Positions 43,027-53,289 of a DNA stretch of 64,000 nt are shown here, one piece after another. The position numbers were made by a program, and so were the translations under genes. The notes below the pieces were generated by a model. That model ran no database searches, was not told where the DNA came from, and worked only from the letters and a program-made list of their open reading frames with translations. Numbering within the stretch: position 1 is the first letter of the stretch; each line of letters starts with the position of its first letter. The stretch comes from Gammaproteobacteria bacterium (GTDB taxonomy: Bacteria; Pseudomonadota; Gammaproteobacteria; UBA4575), in the NCBI GenBank assembly GCA_028279275.1, contig JANQOB010000009.1, positions 200,781-264,780 of the forward strand, written 5' to 3'.

Positions 43027-45606
43027 TTAATTTACCTGTTTTAATCCTTCGATTGGTACTGGTGAACCCATGGCAAATCCTTGTGCATAATCCACCCCCA
43101 GCTCGCGCAGCATTTCAACAACTTCTTCACTCTCAGCGCACTCCGCAATAGTGCCGATTCCCATAATGTGTCCTACCTGATTAATGGCTTCTACCATTGC
43201 ATGGTCAATCGTGTCATCGATCATGTCGTGAACGAAGCTGCCATCAATTTTTAAATAATCAACGGGAAGATTTTTTAAGTATGTAAAAGAAGACAATCCA
43301 CTACCAAAATCATCTAATGCGAACCGACAACCTATGCGTTTGAGTTCTAGAATTAACTGGCTAACTTGATCTAGATTACTTATCGCGGCAGTTTCAGTAA
43401 TTTCGAAACAAACATTAGAAGGTTCAATTTCAGTTTTTTTGATTTCACCTTTGATAAAATCTAATAGTGAATCATCATTTAGTGAATTTCCGGATAAATT
43501 TATTGCGATCTGTACTCCTGATTCTTTACCAAATATGTCGTTGTAGCTTCGAAATGCGGTGCTAATCATCCAGCGGTCTAGGCTGGTCATTAATCCATAG
43601 CGTTCAGCAGCAGGAATAAAACTTGCTGGCATAATTAAATCGCCTTTAGGATCGGTAAGTCGAATTAATAATTCGTAATGTAAAGATTCTTGGTTCTGAG
43701 GTGAAAGGGCAACTATGGGTTGACAATAAATACGAAAACGATCTTCTTGTAGAGCTCCTGTAACACCCGCGGCGCGCATCATTTCAGTGTGTCTGCGTGT
43801 CAGTTCATCGTCTTCTTGTCTGTAAATATGTAATTTGTTACGACCATGGTCTTTGGCGGTAAAACATGCGAGCTCTGCACGCGTTAACATATGTGCAGGG
43901 TCTTGAGAGTTTTTATCAATCGTAATTAGGCCAATGCTAATACCGATTTCAAAATGTTGGTCGCGCCATTTAAATGTGGCGTTACGAATAGTATTTATCA
44001 GTTCTTGTGCAATTAGTTTAGCTTGATCGACCGTGGTGTTTACGAGTAACAGTGAAAATTCATCGCCACCTAAACGAGCAAATATATCAATACTGCGTAT
44101 ATGCTCTTTCATATGCTCCGCAGCTTGTTTAAGAATAATGTCTCCTGCTGTATGCCCAGCTTGTGCATTAATAATCTTGAACTGATTTAAATCCAGGTAA
44201 CACAATACATGTTGCACATCATGTGTTGCTGCGCTTGAAATTGCTTCTTCCAGTCGATACTCAAATTCTTGTCTGTTCAACAAGCCGGTTAATGAGTCGT
44301 GAGAGGCTTGGTGGCTAATTTCTTGGGTAAGTCTTTTGGTTTCTGAGGCATCTTTAAAAATGACTACTAATCCACCGCTCTCGAGGTTTAGTGAGCTGCT
44401 CGGTGTGATGGATAATTCAATAGGATGCTCATTATTAAATCTATCCAGTAAAACAAGATTATTTTCAGACTCAATTGGTTTACCTGTATCTAAGCATTCT
44501 TTGCCTAAGTTTGTAATGCGTTCACGCGTGTTAGCATCGATAAGTTTAAGAATATTATCTATATGATTACCTTTTGCCTCGTAGCCAGGCCAGCCAGTTA
44601 GGCCCTCAGCTACAGGATTCATCGATTCTATTTTGCAGTTTATATCGGTAGCAACTACACCATCTTTAAGTAGTTTTAAAGTAATTCGATTGCGCTGTTT
44701 TTCTTGCTCAAGTTTATTTTCGGTTACAGCCGTTTTGGTAATATCTTGTAAAATTAAATTAAAGAAATTTTGGTCGTTTTCATTTTCATTATAAGCAGAA
44801 ACACGAAAAAACTTTATTGTGCTATCAAGGCCAACAAATTTAATGTCTGGTATAAGCTCATTGGCATCATCATCGCAGGTATTAATAATGTGATGCAGTT
44901 TTATGATTTCAGACTGTTCAAATACTAGCGATAGGGGTGTTCCCAATGAATCTTGTTCATCCAATCCCAACATCATTGCCGCGGGTGTGTTGAGTTCAAC
45001 TATTGTATCTTCTTCGTCTACACTAAGTAGCCCAATTGCAGCCACTTCTAAAATAGTGTCTAGTTTGTTATCGGAGATAGGCTGGTCTTGGAATGGGCTA
45101 ACCTCGAGCTCACTGGTGGCAGAAGAATCAAAATCGATAAGTTTTTCAGTTACGGGCTTAGATTCTTCAATCGAGCTTTTTAATGCATTGGGTAAAGCCT
45201 TAATATTTGCAGTTGACCATACTTCTACTTCACCAGCAAGCGCAGGATTTTCTTTGATAGTTTCATTTATTAGGTCAAAGTCAGTGGGCTTGCGTAATAA
45301 AAATATTTTTATGTTTTTATCATGTTCGAGAATCCAATTAATAACATGCAAAGGCTCTTTCATATGATGTCCAAGGACAATTACTCGGCTATCAATGTGT
45401 CCATCATGTAGAATTTCCGTAAGTTGTTGTTCGCTAGCCAGGTTAGAAATTGCAAGCGGCGGCGGGGTATGACGACAAAGATAAGTCCACAAATCCTTGC
45501 CGACATTAACAAGAGATACTTTTATCGCCATACTTGAGAACTGGCTGGAAGATGTTTGGTTTGCGCTCAATTTGTTTTTGTAGCGTTTGTCGATAGTTCG
45601 AATCAC
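43027..45606 (-). CDS. PAS-GGDEF-EAL c-di-GMP turnover protein with N-terminal unknown domain
   Basis: GGDEF (RLGGDEFSLL). EAL motifs (QPIVAL, EITETAAI, DDFGSG). PAS-like repeats. Confidence 0.85.
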   Translation of the reverse strand: MIRTIDKRYKNKLSANQTSSSQFSSMAIKVSLVNVGKDLWTYLCRHTPPPLAISNLASEQQLTEILHDGHIDSRVIVLGHHMKEPLHVINWILEHDKNIKIFLLRKPTDFDLINETIKENPALAGEVEVWSTANIKALPNALKSSIEESKPVTEKLIDFDSSATSELEVSPFQDQPISDNKLDTILEVAAIGLLSVDEEDTIVELNTPAAMMLGLDEQDSLGTPLSLVFEQSEIIKLHHIINTCDDDANELIPDIKFVGLDSTIKFFRVSAYNENENDQNFFNLILQDITKTAVTENKLEQEKQRNRITLKLLKDGVVATDINCKIESMNPVAEGLTGWPGYEAKGNHIDNILKLIDANTRERITNLGKECLDTGKPIESENNLVLLDRFNNEHPIELSITPSSSLNLESGGLVVIFKDASETKRLTQEISHQASHDSLTGLLNRQEFEYRLEEAISSAATHDVQHVLCYLDLNQFKIINAQAGHTAGDIILKQAAEHMKEHIRSIDIFARLGGDEFSLLLVNTTVDQAKLIAQELINTIRNATFKWRDQHFEIGISIGLITIDKNSQDPAHMLTRAELACFTAKDHGRNKLHIYRQEDDELTRRHTEMMRAAGVTGALQEDRFRIYCQPIVALSPQNQESLHYELLIRLTDPKGDLIMPASFIPAAERYGLMTSLDRWMISTAFRSYNDIFGKESGVQIAINLSGNSLNDDSLLDFIKGEIKKTEIEPSNVCFEITETAAISNLDQVSQLILELKRIGCRFALDDFGSGLSSFTYLKNLPVDYLKIDGSFVHDMIDDTIDHAMVEAINQVGHIMGIGTIAECAESEEVVEMLRELGVDYAQGFAMGSPVPIEGLKQVN

Positions 45607-45609
45607 GAG

Positions 45610-45804
45610 TTAAAAAGATTCCCTTTTGAAGAGGTTGCTTTGGGAATTAGCTTTTATATATTGTCGAATCCACTGCCGGACCAAGCGCGAAGCGCTGTCA
45701 TCCTCCTCTTTAACCTGGCGCATAAATTCATCGCGCAAATCACGGGAAATTCTGACTTGTAGTAGGGCGGATTCTGAGGGCTTTTTTACGTCGGGTGGTG
45801 TCAT
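45610..45804 (-). CDS. ribbon-helix-helix (Arc/MetJ/CopG-like) DNA-binding protein
   Basis: 64 aa, LLQVRISRDLRDEFMRQVKEEDDSASRLVRQWIRQYI has an RHH beta-alpha-alpha pattern. Stop is 3 nt before the EAL gene start. Palindrome ATTATCAT-n9-ATGATAAT lies immediately 5' of its start (45808-45832). Confidence 0.55.
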   Translation of the reverse strand: MTPPDVKKPSESALLQVRISRDLRDEFMRQVKEEDDSASRLVRQWIRQYIKANSQSNLFKRESF

Positions 45805-46006
45805 AGCATTATCATTCGAATATCATGATAATAGTATGACAAATTTTACATTACTATACAAAAAAAGTGGTTTGAAAAGTCTCTGGAAGGTATTGATAAA
45901 TAAAGAAGGATTCAAAGCATTTATAGCTATTAGGCTTCTAATGAATATGATAAATAAGAATATTACCAAATACTAATACATAAAATTCTATGATTAAAAA
46001 AGCATA

Positions 46007-46780
46007 TTGCTCATGAATAACCTGGATCGTTTAATCCAAATCATGCAACAACTGAGAGATCCTGAGTCGGGTTGTCCTTGGGATTTAAAGCAAACATTCG
46101 CTTCCATCCTCCCGTATACCATGGAAGAGGTTTATGAAGTGGCGGATGCCATCGACGAGCAAGATTTTGCGCAACTAAAAAATGAGCTCGGTGATTTGCT
46201 ATTGCAAATTGTTTACTACACGCAAATGGCTACAGAACAAAATTTATTCGATTTCGAAGATGTCGCGGGAGGTATTTGCGATAAGTTGGTGCGTCGTCAT
46301 CCGCATGTATTCAATAAAAAGGATATCGATCAACATCAAACTTGGGAGCAAATTAAGCAACAAGAACGTGTTGAAAAATCAAATTCTAAAAGTTTATTGA
46401 ATGATATTCCCAATGCAATGCCACAATTATTGCGCGCAAAAATAATTCAAAAAAGAGCTGAATCGGTGGGGTTTGATTGGTCAGAGTTAAATTCTGTGAT
46501 TGCAAAAGTTGAAGAAGAGTTAAGTGAATTAAAAGAAGTGATTAGTTCGGATAATCAACCAGACAAACTAGAGGAAGAGTTGGGTGATTTGCTATTTTCA
46601 GTGGTTAACCTGAGTCGACATATAAATGTTAATGCTGAAAATGCACTGCGTAAAAGTAATAAGAAATTTATTAACCGATTTCAATATATTGAAGAAACTT
46701 TAGAAAAAGAAGGTAAGAATATAGACGAGTGCTCATTAGATGAATTAGAAGTCTATTGGGAACAAGCAAAGTCTAGATGA
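46007..46780 (+). CDS. mazG: nucleoside triphosphate pyrophosphohydrolase MazG
   Basis: Tandem MazG EExxE motifs (EEVYEVADAI; EEELGDLLFSVVNL). Confidence 0.9.
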   Translation: MLMNNLDRLIQIMQQLRDPESGCPWDLKQTFASILPYTMEEVYEVADAIDEQDFAQLKNELGDLLLQIVYYTQMATEQNLFDFEDVAGGICDKLVRRHPHVFNKKDIDQHQTWEQIKQQERVEKSNSKSLLNDIPNAMPQLLRAKIIQKRAESVGFDWSELNSVIAKVEEELSELKEVISSDNQPDKLEEELGDLLFSVVNLSRHINVNAENALRKSNKKFINRFQYIEETLEKEGKNIDECSLDELEVYWEQAKSR

Positions 46781-46818
46781 AAACCTCTTCAGAAAAAGCA
46801 TCTCTCAATATATCGCCT

Positions 46819-47667
46819 CTAAGTAAATCGCATAGAAAAATCTACAGCCTGAATATGTTTAGTGATGGCTCCTATGGAAATATAATCCACACCCGTTTTT
46901 GCAACTTCACGTATATTATCTAATGTCATATTGCCAGAAGCTTCTAGTTTCTTTTTTCCATCTGTCATTGAAACGGCTTTTTCCAATTCAGCCAGAGAAA
47001 AATTATCTAAAAGAATAACATCTGCTTGAGTGTTTAATGCTTCCTTGAGTTGTTCTATGTTTTCTACTTCTATTTCTAGTTTAAGTGCAGGATATTGTTG
47101 CTTGGCAGAATTTACCGCATTAGAAACGGAACCCGATGTAGCGATATGATTTTCTTTTATCAAAATTGCATCGTATAAACCCATGCGATGATTTTTCCCA
47201 CCACCACAGCGCACTGCGTATTTTTGTGCATAGCGCAATCCCGGTATAGTTTTACGTGTATCTAAAATTTCTGCGCCTGTGCCAGCAATACGGTCAACAT
47301 ATGTTTTGGTTTTTGATGCAGTTCCAGAAAGGGATTGTAAAAAGTTTAGTGCGGTACGTTCACCTGTTAAGATTGCTTGTGCGTTACCTTTTAGTTGGCA
47401 TACATTGGCATCAGCTTGCATAATTTCACCATCTTGGAAAACCCATTCTAGGTTTATGTTAGGGTCAAGTTGGTGAAATGTCTGCTCAAACCATTTTTGT
47501 CCGCATAACACTGCTTCTTCACGGCAAATAAGGATTGCCGAAGCAGTTTCATTATTACTGAATGAAGCAGCGGTAACATCGCCTGTACCCACGTCTTCTT
47601 TTAATGCAATGCTGACCGATTGGCTGATTTCTCGCAAAGCATCCTTGCTATGAATTGCTAGATCCAT
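46819..47667 (-). CDS. nadC: nicotinate-nucleotide pyrophosphorylase (carboxylating)
   Basis: 282 aa, ...VRCGGGKNHRMGLYDAILIKENH..., QPRTase signature. Confidence 0.9.
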   Translation of the reverse strand: MDLAIHSKDALREISQSVSIALKEDVGTGDVTAASFSNNETASAILICREEAVLCGQKWFEQTFHQLDPNINLEWVFQDGEIMQADANVCQLKGNAQAILTGERTALNFLQSLSGTASKTKTYVDRIAGTGAEILDTRKTIPGLRYAQKYAVRCGGGKNHRMGLYDAILIKENHIATSGSVSNAVNSAKQQYPALKLEIEVENIEQLKEALNTQADVILLDNFSLAELEKAVSMTDGKKKLEASGNMTLDNIREVAKTGVDYISIGAITKHIQAVDFSMRFT

Positions 47668-47696
47668 TTTTCATTATTATTTTAAGTGTTAGTGAA

Positions 47697-49031
47697 TTAA
47701 TTTTTATTCAGGTAATCTTTGGTAACTTTAAAGATTACTGGGCTCAATAATGCGAGCGCAATTAAGTTAGGTATTGCCATGAAGCCATTCATTACATCCG
47801 CAAGCAGCCATACAAAATTAAGTTTAATTAATGCACCTGTCATTACTGCAACTACCCAAACTATTCTGTAAGGAACTATGATGGCAGTACCAAAAATAAA
47901 CTCGGCACAACGTTCACCGTAATAGCTCCAACCCAAGAGGGTAGTGAATGCAAAAACGACTAAACCGATGGTCACAATATAATTTCCACCCGTAATTCCT
48001 TGTCCATATGCAAGAGTAGAAAGTGAGGCGCCATTCTCACCGCTAGTCCAAGCACCTGTTAATAAAATAACCAGTGCAGTCATGGTGCAGATGATAATAG
48101 TGTCAATAAAAGTCCCTAGCATGCCAATCATACCTTGACGCACGGGGTCGTCTGTTTGTGCAGCAGCATGCGCAATAGGAGCGCTACCTAAGCCAGCTTC
48201 ATTAGAAAATACACCTCGCGCCACACCAAAGCGAATAGCTGCCCAAACTGCCGCACCTGCAAATCCACCAGTTGCTGCAGTGCCACTGAATGCGCTAGTA
48301 AAAATTAGACTAAATGCGCTTCCAACTTGTCCAATATTGGCAATAATTACAATTAAAGAACCGGCGATATATGCAACGGCCATAATCGGAACAAGTTTCC
48401 CAGCTACTTCTCCTATGCGCTTAACACCACCGATAATTACAAGACCTACGAGTATTGCTAATACAATTCCTGTGATCATGGGGTCTATGTTGAAGTTACT
48501 TTTCAATGCATCGGCAACTGAATTAGATTGCACCATGTTTCCTATTCCAAATGCAGCGATCGTTCCAAACAATGCAAATAAAAAACCTAACCACTTCCAG
48601 TTTTCACCCAACCCATTTTTAATGTAGTACATCGGTCCACCTTGACGTTTACCGCGAGAATCGACTTCTCTATATTTGACTGCAAGAACAGCTTCTCCAT
48701 ATTTTGTTGCCATACCAAACAAAGCCGTTATCCACATCCAAAATACCGCACCAGGTCCACCCAAAAAGATAGCTGTAGCAACGCCGGCAATATTTCCTGT
48801 GCCAATCGTTGCAGAGAGAGCGGTCATTAACGCCTGAAAAGGGCTAATGTCACCTTGGTCTTTATCGGCTTGTCCAGAAAAAAGTAATTTAAATCCATGA
48901 CCCAGTTTTCGCCATGGCATGAGTTTTAAGCCGATACTTAAGTAAACGCCAACACCCAATAGCAGTGCCAACATGATAGGGCCCCAAATAAAACTACTGA
49001 GTTGGGTTAAAAGCGATGTAATGGCTTCCAT
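47697..49031 (-). CDS. agcS: alanine/glycine:sodium symporter (AGCS family)
   Basis: 444-aa polytopic protein, ...TGNIAGVATAIFLGGPGAVFWMW..., AGCS signature. Confidence 0.85.
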   Translation of the reverse strand: MEAITSLLTQLSSFIWGPIMLALLLGVGVYLSIGLKLMPWRKLGHGFKLLFSGQADKDQGDISPFQALMTALSATIGTGNIAGVATAIFLGGPGAVFWMWITALFGMATKYGEAVLAVKYREVDSRGKRQGGPMYYIKNGLGENWKWLGFLFALFGTIAAFGIGNMVQSNSVADALKSNFNIDPMITGIVLAILVGLVIIGGVKRIGEVAGKLVPIMAVAYIAGSLIVIIANIGQVGSAFSLIFTSAFSGTAATGGFAGAAVWAAIRFGVARGVFSNEAGLGSAPIAHAAAQTDDPVRQGMIGMLGTFIDTIIICTMTALVILLTGAWTSGENGASLSTLAYGQGITGGNYIVTIGLVVFAFTTLLGWSYYGERCAEFIFGTAIIVPYRIVWVVAVMTGALIKLNFVWLLADVMNGFMAIPNLIALALLSPVIFKVTKDYLNKN

Positions 49032-49201
49032 TAATTCCTCCCTTCTACAGAGTGTAGAGAATTATTTTTATATTTTAAGTCATGAAAAGTGATGCTTATT
49101 ATTCTATTTTTACTTTTCATGTAATGAACAATATTGCTCATTTTTTGCCATCATTAGACAGTGTACAAGCGCAATGCTACCCTGAATTCCAAGGGATATC
49201 T

Positions 49202-50203
49202 ATGGATACGCCAACCCTCAATAAACGCTTCCATTTGCGGCAATTGTCCTCTCAAGACAAGCTAGCCATGCTGCGTCAAGATGTAAAGCTGGGATTAATA
49301 GAACGTCCTCGCAGTTTACCGCCAAAATATTTTTACGATGAAATAGGATCTAAACTTTTCGATTCAATATGTAAAACTCATGATTATTATCCAACGCGTA
49401 CCGAGCTGGCATTGTTGCAAAAGCATGCGAATGAAATAGTTGCTTTAGTAAATTCTAATACTTGTGTTGAACTTGGCGCAGGTACTTCTGCAAAAAGTGA
49501 AGTATTACTCTCAGAGATCAGCGCTCATTTTAATAAAAGCAAATTTAACTATATAAGTATTGATGTTTGCGAAGAAGTATTAGTAGAAACCGCAGCGCGG
49601 TTACAAAATAATTTTGAAAATTTATTTATTCAATCCATAGTTGGAGAATATGTTCCTTCCATCCAAGTTTTGCCAAATTTTGATGATCCAGTTCTGTTCA
49701 TGTTTATAGGCAGTTCAATAGGAAATTTTACAGAACAAGAATCCATTGATCTTCTATCTAACGTAGCGAAAAAAATGACATTTGATGATCATTTTTTAAT
49801 TGGTATGGACAGAGTTAAGGATAAAAATGTTCTTGAACAGGCTTATGATGATCGAGAGGGGGTTACAGCTAAGTTCAACCTCAATGTATTAACGGTGCTT
49901 AATAAAGATTTGGGAGCCAATTTCAATTTAGATAATTTTTCTCATGAAGCTGTATATAATGAAGATGAACAACAAATTGAAATGTATTTAATTTCAAACT
50001 CTGACCAGCAAGTACATATTGTTGACCTAAATGAAACGCTACACTTTGAAAGAGGTGAAAAAATTCTTACTGAAATAAGTCGCAAATATTCAAAAGCATC
50101 TATACATAGGCTATTGGGGAAAAGCGGACTTGTTGAAGTAAAGCATTATGAGCCAGATAACAAATACTTTTCGATAGTATTGGCCAAGCGAAAAAAAGAA
50201 TAG
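49202..50203 (+). CDS. EgtD-family L-histidine (amino-acid) N-alpha-methyltransferase (Methyltransf_33)
   Basis: LPPKYFYDEIGSKLFDSICKTHDYYPTRTELALL...CVELGAGTSAKSEVLL...MFIGSSIGNF...GVTAKFNLNVL aligns closely with mycobacterial EgtD ([30 protein letters not shown]...LVELGSGTSEKTRMLL...FLGSTIGNL...GVTAAFNRNVL). AAGGGA Shine-Dalgarno before the ATG at 49202. Confidence 0.75.
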   Translation: MDTPTLNKRFHLRQLSSQDKLAMLRQDVKLGLIERPRSLPPKYFYDEIGSKLFDSICKTHDYYPTRTELALLQKHANEIVALVNSNTCVELGAGTSAKSEVLLSEISAHFNKSKFNYISIDVCEEVLVETAARLQNNFENLFIQSIVGEYVPSIQVLPNFDDPVLFMFIGSSIGNFTEQESIDLLSNVAKKMTFDDHFLIGMDRVKDKNVLEQAYDDREGVTAKFNLNVLTVLNKDLGANFNLDNFSHEAVYNEDEQQIEMYLISNSDQQVHIVDLNETLHFERGEKILTEISRKYSKASIHRLLGKSGLVEVKHYEPDNKYFSIVLAKRKKE

Positions 50204-50211
50204 TTTTTAGA

Positions 50212-51114
50212 TTAGGCTAGCAAATCTTCCATTAGTGCTTTTTGCGCATGTAAGCGATTTTCTGCTTCGTCCCACACTACGCTTTGTGTGCCATCTAACA
50301 CATCCGCTGTTACTTCTTCTCCACGGTGTGCGGGCAAACAATGCATAAATAATGCATCTTTATTGGCCAAGGAAAGCAATTCTTTATTTACTTGAAAAGC
50401 TTGAAATACTTTTATTCTCTCTTTTTCTTCTTCTTCTTGGCCCATGCTGGCCCAAACATCTGTAACTACTAGATCGGCTTGTTCAATCGCTTGTTTTGCA
50501 TCATGTGTTATCTGAATACTATTGCTTGCACTCTTAACAATCTCCGAATTTGGGCAATAGTTTTGTGGACAACCAATGTTTAGTTGAAAGCCAAGTTGTT
50601 TAGCCGCATTGATATAAGAATGGCACATGTTATTACCGTCGCCTATCCATGCAACTGTGGCACCTTTGATATCGCCACGGTGTTCAAACCACGTCTGCAT
50701 GTCCGCTAATAACTGACATGGATGAAATAGATCTGTGAGCCCGTTAATGACAGGTACGGAAGAGTGTGCAGCAAAACTTTCTACATTTTTATGCTCGAAG
50801 GTTCTAATCATTACCCCATCGACCATTCGTGATAGTACCCTTGCGCTGTCTTCTATCGGTTCGCCACGTCCAAATTGAGTGTCTCTTGGAGATAAAAACA
50901 AGGCATGCCCTCCTAACTGAACCATTCCCGTTTCAAATGAAACCCGTGTTCGTGTGGAAGACTTATCAAAAATCATTGCCAAAGTTTTATTTTGCAAAGG
51001 GGTGTGGTGTTTACCTGCTTTGAGCATTTTCTTGAGTTCAGTTGCACGTGCTAACAATGCCCGAATCTCGTCTGGGCTGTAATCTAGCAATGTCAAAAAA
51101 TGGCGTGTGCTCAT
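50212..51114 (-). CDS. argF: ornithine carbamoyltransferase
   Basis: STRTRVSFE carbamoyl-phosphate motif and HCLP motif ([13 protein letters not shown]). Confidence 0.9.
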   Translation of the reverse strand: MSTRHFLTLLDYSPDEIRALLARATELKKMLKAGKHHTPLQNKTLAMIFDKSSTRTRVSFETGMVQLGGHALFLSPRDTQFGRGEPIEDSARVLSRMVDGVMIRTFEHKNVESFAAHSSVPVINGLTDLFHPCQLLADMQTWFEHRGDIKGATVAWIGDGNNMCHSYINAAKQLGFQLNIGCPQNYCPNSEIVKSASNSIQITHDAKQAIEQADLVVTDVWASMGQEEEEKERIKVFQAFQVNKELLSLANKDALFMHCLPAHRGEEVTADVLDGTQSVVWDEAENRLHAQKALMEDLLA

Positions 51115-51122
51115 AATAATAG

Positions 51123-52313
51123 TTATTTCAAATTATCAGTGAATGCTTCAATACAGTTCACAAGAGTTTCAATCATGTCGTTAGCATTATTTTTATTAAA
51201 AATTAACGGTGGCAATAACCTAATAACTCGCTCCGCAGTTACATTAATAAGTAGCTTTTTATCTAAACAATGATCGACAAGTTCTACACAAGGTGTATTC
51301 ATTTCTATGCCTATCATCAAGCCTTTTCCACGCACTTCTTTTACATGTGAATTTGTAGAAAGTTTATTCTTTAGTGCATCAACAATATAGGTTCCGATTG
51401 AATGTGCATTATCAATTAGATTTTCTTTTTCTATTACATTAATGGTTTCAAGTGCTGCTCGACATGCTAAGGGATTGCCACCAAATGTAGAACCATGTGA
51501 GCCTGGGACAAATAAATCGGCTACATATTTTTTTGCTAAGCAAGCGCCAATGGGTAGACCATTACCCAGCCCTTTGGCGGTTATCAGCACATCAGGCTGT
51601 ATTGAATCATGTTGAAAGTAGAACCATTCTCCAGTTCGACCATTTCCAGTCTGTACTTCATCCAGCATCAGTAAAATTTCATGTTGTTCGCATAAAGTTT
51701 TCAATTCTGTAAGGTATGAAGATGCAGGAATATTAATGCCACCTTCACCTTGTATCGGTTCTACTAAAATTGCAGAAATATTAGTGTGGTTTTTAAGAAT
51801 TTTTTTTACTGCCTGAGCATCATTGTAGGGTGCTCTTATAAAACCAGGAACGAGGGGCTCAAACCCCGCTTGTGCTTTTCGATTTCCTGTTGCAGTAAGT
51901 GTTGCCATAGTGCGGCCGTGGAAACTATTTTCCATTACGATGATAGTAGGTTCGTTAATACCTTTATGGTGCCCATATACACGTGCAAGTTTAATGGCCG
52001 CTTCATTTGCTTCTGCACCAGAATTGCCAAAGAACGCAGCATCCATGCCAGAGAGTTGACAAAGCTTGTTTCCAAGCTTTTCTTGTAATTCAATATGATA
52101 AATATTTGAAGTGTGAGTAAGTGTTGCGGCTTGATCAGCAATGGCTTGTGATATCTTAGGGTGAGCATGTCCCAAACCACACACTGCTATACCGGATAAG
52201 GCATCCATATATTTTTCATTTTTATTCGAGTACAGCCATACACCTTCCCCTTTTACAAACGTTACGGGTTTACGCGCATAAGTACTCATCAAGCTATTTG
52301 CAGATTTAGTCAT
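51123..52313 (-). CDS. argD: acetylornithine aminotransferase (class III PLP aminotransferase)
   Basis: 396 aa with the PLP lysine region [17 protein letters not shown]; adjacent to argF. Confidence 0.85.
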   Translation of the reverse strand: MTKSANSLMSTYARKPVTFVKGEGVWLYSNKNEKYMDALSGIAVCGLGHAHPKISQAIADQAATLTHTSNIYHIELQEKLGNKLCQLSGMDAAFFGNSGAEANEAAIKLARVYGHHKGINEPTIIVMENSFHGRTMATLTATGNRKAQAGFEPLVPGFIRAPYNDAQAVKKILKNHTNISAILVEPIQGEGGINIPASSYLTELKTLCEQHEILLMLDEVQTGNGRTGEWFYFQHDSIQPDVLITAKGLGNGLPIGACLAKKYVADLFVPGSHGSTFGGNPLACRAALETINVIEKENLIDNAHSIGTYIVDALKNKLSTNSHVKEVRGKGLMIGIEMNTPCVELVDHCLDKKLLINVTAERVIRLLPPLIFNKNNANDMIETLVNCIEAFTDNLK

Positions 52314-52320
52314 ATCAACT

Positions 52321-52354
52321 CATAGAAACAAAAACGGCAGCTATAGAGCTGCCG
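52321..52354 (-). terminator. Rho-independent terminator for the 52461-53054 membrane-protein gene
   Basis: CGGCAGCT-atag-AGCTGCCG perfect hairpin followed on the minus strand by UUUUUGUUU. Confidence 0.6.
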
Positions 52355-52460
52355 AAATTGAGATTATACTGCTGCTTAAAAAATAAGCAAAATATTATAG
52401 GTCTACCTCATTAATATTGAGGCTGGTTTATGTCAGTTTAAATTAGCTATAACTTAAAAT

Positions 52461-53054
52461 TTAGAAAAATAAACCTGCATTTCCACCATGCCCCCAGGCC
52501 ACCATGCAAGCAAGCATTGGGATAGATAATAACGTGTTGGTGCGCGAGGCAATAAAAGCAATTTTCTTTGCTTTAGCTTTTTCGTCATCGCTTGCTTCTT
52601 TAATGCCAAGCACTTTTTTCTGATTTGGCCAGATTAGCCCCCATACATTGAGTAACATGATTGTGCCTAACCATGCGCCTATACCGATAACGGTTACGCC
52701 ATTCGTTGCAAAAAAATGAGTTGTAAAACCACCAACATATTCTAGAGCTGCCGCACCTGTTAACCAGGTAACCAAAGCCCCCCAGCGAAACCATGCAAGG
52801 GCTTTAGGTGCAACATACTTGCCAATCGCCGCCGGTCCAGGTCCGCTACTGTCTGCTGTAGCTTCGTTCATGGCAGGGACTTGAACAAAATTGAAGTAGT
52901 AGAGTAAACCAATCCATACAACACCTGCGAGTACATGAAACCAGACTACAAGTGACCATGAATTGATGGCATTCGGTTCATAGGCTAGAGCAATTAATAT
53001 GGCAAGAATGAAACCAGAAATAATTGTGCCAAGGATAGAATTTAAAGGATTCAT
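52461..53054 (-). CDS. conserved inner-membrane protein (urate-hydroxylase-N-terminal-like / DUF membrane family)
   Basis: 197 aa with 4-5 TM helices. Confidence 0.55.
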   Translation of the reverse strand: MNPLNSILGTIISGFILAILIALAYEPNAINSWSLVVWFHVLAGVVWIGLLYYFNFVQVPAMNEATADSSGPGPAAIGKYVAPKALAWFRWGALVTWLTGAAALEYVGGFTTHFFATNGVTVIGIGAWLGTIMLLNVWGLIWPNQKKVLGIKEASDDEKAKAKKIAFIASRTNTLLSIPMLACMVAWGHGGNAGLFF

Positions 53055-53289
53055 AAGCGTGCCTCTCTGAATAAAATATCGTTATTATTGTGAATGTGCC
53101 ATATTTGGCTTAATTCCTATAAGTGATAATTATAACGAACCTCCATAGCTAACTTAAAGTTTAAATTTAAGTGTATGAATCTTCTCCAATTAATTTATAT
53201 GTGCTGTATAAGATGTTCGATTGGTAATAGCTTGGTTACAGGGTCATATATCCCTTCATTTCCATTCAAAGTTTTTATTAGGTAATAGC

